From assembly GCA_032718475.1 (NCBI GenBank), contig JAUCBJ010007911.1, positions 1 to 64,000 of the forward strand: DNA of 64,000 nt, written 5' to 3'. The notes beneath the pieces are model-generated. The model did not search any database. It was not told the origin of the DNA and was given only the letters and a program-made list of their open reading frames with translations. The stretch is from Nemertoderma westbladi (Eukaryota; Animalia; Xenacoelomorpha). How positions within the stretch are numbered: position 1 is the first letter of the stretch; each line of letters opens with the position of its first letter. Below are positions 38,056-49,200 of this stretch, one piece after another. Position numbers and translations under genes: made by a program.

Positions 38056-38998
38056 GATGCAATAACATTTACATTATATGTCATTATTTTATTTTATTTT
38101 ATTTTATGCCGTTGTTACATATTGTAGCCTGGTTTCTATGATTGAGCTGTACATCATAGTTAACCAGGGTCCATAGCAGGGGAGGGGGGACACAACAAAC
38201 CGATAAAATTGTCTAATGCTTATTCTTACTGTTAGACATACCTTAGATTACATTGGATAACAATAAATAATATATTAGCTTCTGCAGAATTTTACGCTCT
38301 TTCAAATGGTATGTAGATTGTAGATATTAATATATGTAGTTCGTTGACATTATAAAATTTAAATGCTTTTAACTTTCGTATTGAGTGTCTAGACCTACAA
38401 AACTGCTAGCAATGTTGTACTGATACATGATCTTAATCTGCTTCTATTGGAGGGAAATTTAAATTGTTACAATGTTGACTGTTACTGCAATCTGTTATCT
38501 GAATTACCGGCATGCTTCTTTTTAGTCTGTTAGTGCATAGTGATTGTATTACTTTATTACAGGTCAAATCCGTCCGTACCGGTACCGGTACCGGTATTAA
38601 AATAAATTAGATTATAAATAAAGTATTTTTACATTTTTTGGATTTTTTGGAATAAGGTATTTTTGCAGGATTCCAGGATCAGAGGATGTGGTGTCTTTAT
38701 TTTATATTATAATATAAATTAAACTTTGGCCGTGACAAGAATAAACATTGCCAATAAAAATTAAGTCAAATATATAAATAAATGTTGAAAAATATACCGG
38801 TACCTACCCTGCCAATTATTTTTCGAGTGTGTACTTGGCCTTGCCTTACTACAGTCTATAAGAAGACAGATCTTTATAAAGACTCGACTGATTGGCTTAT
38901 CTAATTGAATGAATGTTTATTATTCTTTACTGCTACTGCACTGCAGTCAGGCAGTGCCGGTAGCAGCCTATCGGATTGGAAAGGGGTGCGTTTAGAGA

Positions 38999-39079
38999 AT
39001 GAGTTTACCTGTTCAGTGCCGTCCGCGACCGATAAGGTCGCTCGTATTCGTAACCGGAAACAAAAACAAACTAAAAGAG
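38999..39079 (+). CDS. ITPA: Inosine triphosphate pyrophosphatase (HAM1 family), exon 1
   Basis: ATG..MSLPVQCRPRPIRSLVFVTGNKNKLKE then GTGAGT donor; VFVTGNxxKLxE is the ITPA N-terminal motif. Confidence 0.9.
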
Positions 39080-39480
39080 GTGAGTTACAGATTTTTTGTA
39101 TGAAATTTTCATTCATTTGAATTTTGTAGTCCACCCAAATTCTACCACAGATACAAATAAACAAGGCTACTACTGACAGACTGAGTCTAGAGATATGGAA
39201 ACTGCGCTTTAATTAACTTAATTTCATAAAATTTAATTGGGTTTAATTGGGATTTTCTTCGAAGGCGTACTGGCGTAGCGTAGCCTACGCATAGGCGATG
39301 GAATGCAGTTTCGCTTACCCTTATGTAAATCTTTGCGAGTTAACCAATGAATTACTCGAACTGGACCTTTCATAAAAGAGAGGTGAATTCAAATAAGATC
39401 AATATATGAAGTTGTTTGTTATCATCTGGGCACGAGCTATACCGACCGATACAAGATACAATCAATGCAAAGCCACAACA

Positions 39481-39760
39481 ACATACACATCATCCTCCAT
39501 AACGACATACACATCATCCTCCATAACGACATACACATCATCCTCCATAACGACATACACATCATCCTCCATAACGACATACACATCATCCTCCATAACG
39601 ACATACACATCATCCTCCATAACGACATACACATCATCCTCCATAACGACATACACATCATCCTCCATAACGACATACACATCATCCTCCATAACGACAT
39701 ACACATCATCCTCCATAACGACATACACATCATCCTCCATAACGACATACACATCATCCT
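39481..39760. repeat. 24-bp minisatellite, ~11.7 perfect copies, in ITPA intron 1
   Basis: ACATACACATCATCCTCCATAACG repeated without mismatch. Confidence 0.97.
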
Positions 39761-40400
39761 TTTACTTTGTGCAATTTACAACGTATTTATGCAACTAGCC
39801 TTTACGGCAGTAATCTTTGGAATCTATTTTCAGACGATTGTTCGAGAATACTTAATGCTTGGAATATTAATTTTCGCATTATTTTTAAATTGCCTTTCAA
39901 CTCGCATAGATATATTATTGAACAACTTTTACCTTTTGAACATCCATATATTATGATGCAATCTCGGTTTGTTAATTTTGCACAAATTTTACAATCCTTA
40001 TCTAAACGCGTGATTATATTTATTGGTAATTTGTACCTATAAGATTGTAGGTCGCCGTCGCGTAGTGGTGCCAATTTTCGGACTATAGGAAATTTCTGTA
40101 ATAAATATGACCTTACATCTACTACAACTGACCTTACATCTAAATGTGTAAAAAGTTGAAATGTTCCTCTTATGAAGACCAATGAATGGAAAGTACATTT
40201 CTGCAAGGAATTAATTAATGTGCGCCTCGATACTATGGAGGTAAAAGGTTTCGGTGACCATGAACCAAAATATATTTTGGACTATATTGTTACTTCATAA
40301 CCTACATTCTTTATTATAGCTATATCTTGTATTAAACTTTACCGGTCCGGTTGTGCTATATTTTTTCTTTGGGGCGTGTATGAAATTATATAATAATATA
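39745..40400 (+). mobile_element. 3' remnant of a non-LTR retrotransposon ORF2 (CR1/L2-group-like)
   Basis: HPFTLCNLQRIYATSLYGSNLWNL...AWNINFRIIFKLPFNSHRYIIE resembles the post-RT YGxxLW region; ends in AT-rich simple sequence. Confidence 0.55.
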
Positions 40401-40559
40401 TATAGGAATAATACAGAGTTATACCGACCCATTCCCACCCACCTACAGCTACAACCGGGAATCGGGACCACCCGTACCGCGCTATTGCTAATCTATAAAT
40501 TGGCTACAGAATTTTATGACTCAAACCAGTAAGATCCGGATTCCAAAATTATAAATTAA

Positions 40560-40922
40560 GGGAAAGGAGCAGGTTACAGTGGCACGTTGTTTTAACCAAA
40601 ACAATAAACTAAAGTCAATAGAACAGGTTATAGTTTTTATTTTTGGGAGTTATATAAATGTAAAAAAAATCGACTTCCGTAGGGACAATGTTAAATGTAG
40701 AATCCGGATCCGCGTTTTACTCTGACCCATTTATTGTTGCCTGTAAGTGTTCCTGTGCGCAGATTGGTGGAAAACTGGACGCAATAAAATTCATCCCTCT
40801 CCAGGGGAAATTTGACGCAAATAACAGCTGATTACTCTCTAAAATAAAACTGTAACCTGTTCTATTGTGTTTAGTTTATTGTTTTAGTTAAAATAACGTG
40901 CCACTGTAACCTGCTCCTTTCC
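40560..40922. mobile_element. MITE-like non-autonomous DNA transposon with ~80-bp TIRs (Kolobok-like ends)
   Basis: GGAAAGGAGCAGGTTACAGTGGCACGTT... at 40561 is the inverse of ...AACGTGCCACTGTAACCTGCTCCTTTCC at 40922; TTAA at 40556-40559, TAAA on the right. Confidence 0.7.
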
Positions 40923-41603
40923 TAAAATTGAGCATTTAACATTGAGGCGGGATATTTATTCGCCAAGGCGGGTTTTGCGTCGAGTTTCCCCCCTGTCTCC
41001 CTGCGGGTAATGTTCTCCTTTTTGTTTCATCTTATATGTTATAGATTAATAAAATAGTTTTTTTTTACATTAATTATTTTATTTAATGTCCGAGTTCGCT
41101 CGACATAGTTATAGTTCTATATACTGATACCAAATACCGTTACTGATGGCCGAAGCGTACAGCAGTAGATATACCGGTTCCCTGGAACCAAAATCGGAAA
41201 AAAAACGGACAAAAAGTAAAAATACGACAAAAACAAATATACTGAGTGATTTAAACAGATACATAAGAAAGTTTATTCTGATTCAATTACATTCCTTTCC
41301 GGGTCGGGCCGGGCCGGGCATGGGCCGCATTGTAAATATTGGAACGACCGCTATTGTTTAATAATTATAATATACAGTAAACAAAACACAAAAATCTGAA
41401 CCTTTATGTTACACTTTTTTTTTATCACAGAATTAAATTAAATACTTAACATATTTAACTTTCCTGCAACTAGGGTCATTTCTTGATTTAATTGTGTCTT
41501 TGTTTAACTTTGTAATGTACCTTTGCTACATACATACAGTACATAGCTAATCACTTACATATTACTTATATATTACGATACACGTACAGGCTTACATTCT
41601 TAC

Positions 41604-41634
<31 letters not shown>

Positions 41635-42087
41635 GGTGGTAGGGTAGCGGTACTGTCCGGGCTACTATTGACCGCGCTCCGGGGGCTACTATCCAGGGTA
41701 CTATTGTCCGGTATTGTCTGGGGGCTAGAAACTATGTTGACACCTGGAAATTCTGGGAAATTACGACATACCATTTTTTCTTTTTCTCAAACTTTTCTCT
41801 AATCTTTGGCATCTTTTCAATCACACATCTCAATTGAAATAGGCATTATTTCACGTGTCAAAATAGCCGTTGTTTTCTGCTATGCAGTAGGCCTACTGAT
41901 TAGTACGTATGGAGCAGATCTTTAGGAATTACTGGAAAATCTTTCAGAGGACATGACAAGAAGTCTTCTTATAGATTTCATGTCCTCTTAACTCTTAAGA
42001 GATTACATTACATCTCCAAAGAGGATAGGTTTACATATTTAGTGGTATGTTTGCTTTGCCCCGTTGTTGTATTTCTATTTTTTTTAG

Positions 42088-42145
42088 GTTTCTGATATAA
42101 TTAAACCCGCCACTGGAATCGATGTTGTATCCCGCTCTGTTGATC
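42088..42145 (+). CDS. ITPA: ITPA exon 2
   Basis: T-rich tract plus AG | VSDIIKPATGIDVVSRSVD(L) | GTAAGT; 58 nt, phase-compatible with exons 1 and 3. Confidence 0.85.
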
Positions 42146-42735
42146 GTAAGTTAAATTCAATGTTAAGCTAATAAACTTATAGATGTATTTATTATTTAGG
42201 TTCTACTGTATATTGTACTGTATCATCGGTGTGTGGTGATTTTTGATGGCGACAAACTTGTTTAACGGCAGGCGAATATACTCCTGCGATTTATAATTAC
42301 TGTATTGTTCAATTGTTGTGTTACTTTATATCACTGTATATTGTATATCATTGTATATCCAAAAGTCTGCCAGGAATATGATCAGGATCTGCAGTTATAT
42401 CCAAAAAGCTAATCGGTGCAGTCCTGTGCGTAGGAATGCACTGGCACCGGTACCAGTATACTATGTACTTGACCAAATTAATTTAGATTAAATTAAAAAG
42501 GTTTTCAATTTCGTGTAATTCGTTCAAAGTCTGTTAGAAATAAATTTGGGGTTGGCATTATTTTCTACAAAATTTTCTAGTGAGACGGGTCAATGACACT
42601 ATGATTCCTCTAGTTAATGTGGAAGTTACATTACATTACAAACTACATGAACTAATGTTAGTGTAGACAGACATACGTCATCTTTGGTTTGTGAATAGAC
42701 GTATGACGTAATAAATGGCCGATTGTTTATTCCAG

Positions 42736-42874
42736 TTCACGAATATCAAGGTGAACCCAATGATATTGTTCGTAACAAGTGTTTGGAAGCCGTTCGGTTG
42801 GTTAAAGCTCCTCTTATTGTAGAAGATACCTGTTTGTGTTTCAATGCTTTGGGTGGCCTCCCTGGCCCTTATGT
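42736..42874 (+). CDS. ITPA: ITPA exon 3
   Basis: TTCCAG | (L)[45 protein letters not shown](V) | GTAAGT; [18 protein letters not shown] is diagnostic. Confidence 0.97.
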
Positions 42875-43055
42875 GTAAGTTTATGGACGTACGTGTAAGT
42901 TTATTTACCGGTACTTAATTTATGTTTGTTCTCTTAATTGACGTAAGTGTAATATGCTTCTGTATAAAAATCATAAAAAGTATGATGGCCGACCGGTACC
43001 AACAATTTAAAAGTATAATTATCATGGATTTTAAACTAATTTGTTATCTGTGTAG

Positions 43056-43200
43056 AAAGTGGTTTGTTGATAAGATAAAACCCATTGGACTGTATAATCT
43101 ACTTTCGGCCTACGAAGATAAATCAGCCTACGCGCTCTGCACGTTCGGATACAATGATGGATATTCAGATGAGGTTCATTTATTTATGGGTATCATCGAG
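43056..43200 (+). CDS. ITPA: ITPA exon 4 (remaining exons lie beyond the window)
   Basis: TGTAG | [48 protein letters not shown] | GTGAGT; the C-terminal FGWDP and SHR motifs are not seen in the window. Confidence 0.95.
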
Positions 43201-46200
43201 GTGAGTATGTGTCTGTGTGTAGATTATCGAGGTGAGTATGTGTTTGTGTGTAGATTATCGCGCTCAGTACGTCTGTGTGTAGATTATCGAGCTCAGTACG
43301 TCTGTGTGTAGATTATCGCGCTCAGTACGACTGGGTGTAGATTATCGAACTCAGTACGTCTGTGTGTAGATTATCGAGCTCAGTACGTCTGTGTGTGTAG
43401 ATTATCGAGCTCATTACGTCTGTGTGTAGATTATCGAGCTCAGTACGTCTGTGTGTAGTTTATCGAGCTCAGTACGACTGGGTGTAGATTATCGAACTCA
43501 GTACGTCTGTGTGTAGATTATCGAGCTCAGTACGTCTGTGTGTGTAGATTATCGAGCTCATTACGTCTGTGTGTAGATTATCGAGCTCAGTACGTCTGTG
43601 TGTAGTTTATCGAGCTCAGTACGACTGTGTGTAGATTATCGAGCTCAGTACGACTGTGTGTAGATTATCGAGCTCAGTACGACTGGGTGTAGATTATCGA
43701 ACTCAGTACGTCTGTGTGTAGATTATCGAGCTCAGTACGTCTGTGTGTGTAGATTATCGAGCTCATTACGTCTGTGTGTAGATTATCGAGCTCAGTACGT
43801 CTGTGTGTAGTTTATCGAGCTCAGTACGACTGTGTGTAGATTATCGAGCTCAGTACGACTGGGTGTAGATTATCGAACTCAGTACGTCTGTGTGTAGATT
43901 ATCGAGCTCAGTACGTCTGTGTGTGTAGATTATCGAGCTCATTACGTCTGTGTGTAGATTATCGAGCTCAGTACGTCTGTGTGTGTAGATTATCGAGCTC
44001 ATTACGTCTGTGTGTAGATTATCGAGCTCAGTACGTCTGTGTGTGTAGATTATCGAGCTCAGTACGTCTGTGTGTAGATTATCGAGCTCAGTACGTCTGT
44101 GTGTAGATTATCGAGCTCAGTACGTCTGTGTGTAGATTATCGAACTCAGAACGTCTGTGTGTAGATTATCGAGGTCAGTACGTCTGTGTGTAGATTATCG
44201 AGCTCAGTACGTCTGTGTGTGTAGATTATCGAGCTCATTACGTCTGTGTGTAGATTATCGAGCTCAGTACGTCTGTGTGTGTAGATTATCGAGCTCAGTA
44301 CGTCTGTGTGTAGATTATCGAGCTCAGTACGTCTGTGTGTGTAGATTATCGAGCTCAGTACGTCTGTGTGTAGATTATCGAGCTCATTACGTCTGTGTGT
44401 AGATTATCGCGTTCAGTACGTCTGTGTGTAGATTATCGAGCTCAGTACGTCGTGTGTGTAGATTATCGAGCTCAGTACGTCTGTGTGTAGATTATCGAGC
44501 TCATTACGTCTGTGTGTAGATTATCGAGCTCAGTACGTCTGTGTGTAGATTATCGAGCTCAGTACGTCTGTGTGTAGATTATCGAGCTCAGTACGTCTGG
44601 TGTGTAGATTATCGAGCTCAGTACGTCTGTGTGTAGATTATCGAGCTCAGTACGTCTGTGTGTAGATTATCGAGCTCAGTACGTCTGTGTGTAGATTATC
44701 GAGCTCAGTACGTCTGTGTGTAGATTATCGAGCTCAGTACGTCTGTGTGTAGATTATCGAGCTCAGTACGTCTGTGTGTGTAGATTATCGAGCTCAGTAC
44801 GTCTGTGTGTAGATTATCGAGCTCAGTACGTCTGTGTGTAGATTATCGAGCTCAGTACGTCTGTGTGTAGATTATCGAGCTCAGTACGTCTGTGTGTAGA
44901 TTATCGAGCTCAGTACGTCTGTGTGTAGATTATCGAGCTCAGTACGTCTGTGTGTAGATTATCGCGCTCATTACGTCTGTGTGTAGATTATCGAGCTCAG
45001 TACGTCTGTGTGTGTAGATTATCGAGCTCAGTACGTCTGTGTGTAGATTATCGAGCTCATTACGTCTGTGTGTAGATTATCGAGCTCAGTACGTCGTGTG
45101 TGTAGATTATCGAGCTCAGTACGTCTGTGTGTAGATTATCGAGCTCAGTACGTCGTGTGTGTAGATTATCGAGCTCAGTACGTCTGTGTGTAGATTATCG
45201 AGCTCAGTACGTCTGTGTGTAGATTATCGAGCTCAGTACGTCTGTGTGTAGATTATCGAGCTCAGTACGTCTGTGTGTAGATTATCGAACTCAGTACGTC
45301 TGTGTGTAGATTATCGAGCTCAGTACGTCTGTGTGTAGATTATCGAGCTCAGTACGTCTGTGTGTAGATTATCGAGCTCAGTACGTCTGTGTGTGTAGAT
45401 TATCGAGCTCAGTACGTCTGTGTGTGTAGATTATCGAGCTCAGTACGTCTGTGTGTAGATTATCGAGCTCAGTACGTCTGTGTGTGTAGATTATCGAGCT
45501 CAGTACGTCTGTGTGTAGATTATCGAGCTCAGTACGTCTGTGTGTGTAGATTATCGAACTCAGTACGTCTGTGTGTAGATTATCGAGCTCAGTACGTCGT
45601 GTGTGTAGATTATCGAGCTCATTACGTCGTGTGTGTAGATTATCGAGCTCAGTACGTCTGTGTGTGTAGATTATCGCGCTCAGTACGTCTGTGTGTGTAG
45701 ATTATCGCGCTCAGTACGTCTGTGTGTAGATTATCGAGCTCAGTACGTCTGTGTGTAGATTATCGAGCTCAGTACGTCTGTGTGTAGATTATCGCGCTCA
45801 GTACGTCTGTGTGTAGATTATCGAGCTCAGTACGTCTGTGCGTGTAGATTATCGAGCTCAGTACGTCTGTGTGTGTAGATTATCGAGCTCAGTACGTCTG
45901 TGTGTAGATTATCGAGCTCAGTACGTCTGTGTGTAGATTATCGAGCTCAGTGCGTCTGTGTGTGTAGATTATCGAGCTCAGTACGTCTGTGTGTAGATTA
46001 TCGCGCTCAGTACGTCTGTGTGTGTAGATTATCGAGCTCAGTACGTCTGTGTGTAGATTATCGAGCTCAGTACGTCTGTGTGTAGATTATCGAGCTCAGT
46101 ACGTCTGTGTGTGTAGATTATCGCGCTCAGTACGTCTGTGTGTGTAGATTATCGCGCTCATTACGTCTGTGTGTGTAGATTATCGCGCTCAGTACGTCTG

Positions 46201-49200
46201 TGTGTAGATTATCGAGCTCAGTACGACTGGCTGTAGATTATCGAACTCAGTACGTCTGTGTGTAGATTATCGAACTCAGTACGTCTGTGTGTAGATTATC
46301 GAGCTCAGTACGTCTGTGTGTAGATTATCGAGCTCAGTACGTCTGTGTGTAGATTATCGAACTCAGTACGTCTGTGTGTAGATTATCGAGCTCAGTACGA
46401 CTGGGTGTAGATTATCGAACTCAGTACGTCTGTGTGTAGATTATCGAGCACAGTACGTCTGTATGTAGATTATCGAGCTCAGTACGTCTGTGTGTGTAGA
46501 TTATCGCGCTCAGTACGTCTGTGTGTAGATTATCGAGCTCAGTACGTCTGTGTGTAGATTATCGAGCTCAGTACGTCTGTGTGTAGATTATCGAGCCCAG
46601 TACGTCTGTGTGTAGATTATCGAGCTCAGTACGTCTGTGTGTAGATTATCGAGCTCAGTACGACTGGGTGTAGATTATCGAACTCAGTACGTCTGTGTGT
46701 AGATTATCAAGCTCAGTACGTCTGTGTGTGGATTATCGAGCTCAGTACGTCTGTGTGTAGATTATCGAGCTCAGTACGTCTGTGTGTAGATTATCGAGCT
46801 CAGTACGTCTGTGTGTAGATTATCGAGCTCAGTACGACTGGGTGTAGATTATCGAACTCAGTACGTCTGTGTGTAGATTATCGAGCTCAGTACGTCTGTG
46901 TGTAGATTATCGAGCTCAGTACGTCTGTGTGTAGATTATCGAGGTCATTACGTCTGTGTGTGTAGATTATCGAGCTCAGTACGTCTGCGTGTAGATTATC
47001 GAGCTCAGTACGTCTGTGTGTGTAGATTATCGCGCTCAGTACGTCTGTGTGTAGATTATCGAGCTCAGTACGTCTGTGTGTAGATTATCGAGCTCATTAC
47101 GTCTGTGTGTGTAGATTATCGCGCTCAGTACGTCTGTGTGTAGATTATCGAGCTCAGTACGTCTGTGTGTAGATTATCGAGCTCATTACGTCTGTGTGTG
47201 TAGATTATCGAGCTCAGTACGTCTGTGTGTAGATTATCGCGCTCAGTACGTCTGTGTGTAGATTATCGAGCTCAGTACGTCTGTGTGTAGATTATTGAGC
47301 TCATAACGTTTGTGTGTAGATTATCGAGCTCAGTACGTCTGTGTGTGTAGATTATCGCGCTCAGTACGTCTGTGTGTAGATTATCGAGCTCAGTACGTCT
47401 GTGTGTAGATTATCGAGCTCATAACGTTTGTGTGTAGATTATCGAGCTCAGTACGTCTGTGTGTATATTATCGAGCTCAGTACGTCTGTGTGTAGATTAT
47501 CGAGCTCAGTACGTCTGTGTGTAGATTATCGAGCTCAGTACGTCTGTGTGTAGATTATCGAGCTCATAACGTCTGTGTGTAGATTATCGAGCTCAGTACG
47601 TCTGTGTGCAGATTATCGAGCTCAGTACGACTGTGTGTAGATTATCGAGCTCAGTATGTCTGTGTGTAGATTATCGAGCTCATTACGTATGTGTGTAGAT
47701 TATCGAGCTCAGTACGTCTGTGTGTAGATTATCGAGCTCAGTACGTCTGTGTGTAGATTATCGAGCTCAGTACGTCCGTGTGTAGATTATCGCGCTCAGT
47801 ACGTCTGTGTGTAGATTATCGAGCTGAGTACGTCTGTGTGTAGATTATCGAGCTCAGTACGTCTGTGTGTAGTTTTTCGCGCTCATTACGTCTGTGTGTG
47901 TAGATTATCGAGCTCAGTACGTCTGTGTGTATGTTGATTATCGCGCTCAGTACGTCTGTGTGTAGATTATCGAGCTCAGTACGTCTGTGTGTAGATTATC
48001 GAGCTCAGTACGTCTGTGTGTAGTTTTTCGCGCTCATTACGTCTGTGTGTGTAGATTATCGAGCTCAGTACGTCTGTGTGTATGTTGATTATCGCGCTCA
48101 GTACGTCTGTGTGTAGATTATCGAGCTCAGTACGTCTGTTTGTAGATTATCGAGCTCAGTACGTCTGTGTGTATATTACCGCGCTCAGTACGTCTGTGTG
48201 TATGTTGATTATCGCGCTCAGTACGTCTGTGTGTAGATTATCGAGCTCAGTACGTCTGTTTGTAGATTATCGAGCTCAGTACGTCTGTGTGTATATTACC
48301 GCGCTCAGTACGTCTGTGTGTGTAGATTATCGAGCTCAGTACGTCTGTGTGTAGATTATCGCGCTCAGTACGTCTGTGTGTAGATTATCGAGCTCAGTAC
48401 GTCTGTGTGTAGATTATTGAGCTCATAACGTTTTTGTGTATATTATCGCGCTCAGTACGTCTGTGTGTAGATTATCGCGCTCAGTACGTCTGTGTGTATG
48501 TTGATTATCGCGCTCAGTACGTCTGTGTGTAGATTATCGCGCTCAGTACGTCTGTGTGTAGATTATCGAGCTCAGTACGTCTGTGTGTAGATTATCGAGC
48601 TCAGTACGTTTGTGTGTAGATTATCGAGCTCAGTACGTCTGTGTGTAGATTATCGAGCTCAGTACGTCTGTGTGTAGATTATCGAGCTCAGTACGTCTGT
48701 GTGTAGATTATTGAGCTCATAACGTTTGTGTGTAGATTATCGCGCTCAGTACGTCTGTGTGTAGATTATCGCGCTCATTACGTCTGTGTGTGTAGATTAT
48801 CGAGCTCAGTACGTCTGTGTGTAGATTATCGCGCTCAGTACGTCTGTGTGTAGATTATCGAGCTCAGTACGTCTGGGTGTAGATTATCAAGCTCAGTACG
48901 TTTGTGTGTAGATTATCGAGCTCAGTACGTCTGTGTGTAGATTATCGAGCTCAGTACGTCTGTGTGTAGATTATCGCGCTCAGTACGTCTGTGTGTAGAT
49001 TATCGAGCTCAGTACGTCTGTGTGTAGATTATCGAGCTCATAACGTTTGTGTGTAGATTATCGAGCTCAGTACGTCTGTGTGTAGATTATCGCGCTCATT
49101 ACGTCTGTGTGTGTAGATTATCGAGCTCAGTACGTCTGTGTGTAGATTATCGCGCTCAGTACGTCTGTGTGTAGATTATCGAGCTCAGTACGTCTGGGTG

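Noticed and set aside
39406-39956. TTYTSSSI / HNDIHIIL / MEDDVYVV repeat ORFs
   Set aside because: Translations of the 24-bp minisatellite inside ITPA intron 1
41608-41740. G run of ~29 nt followed by short CTACTAT/GTCCGG repeats
   Set aside because: Possibly a TE end, but no partner terminus or TSD could be identified
42922-43311. 129-aa ORF as a standalone gene
   Set aside because: It is ITPA exon 4 read through into flanking intron and satellite sequence
43921-48354. Cys-rich ORFs ([19 protein letters not shown])
   Set aside because: Arise where 29- and 31-bp satellite units alternate; not protein-coding
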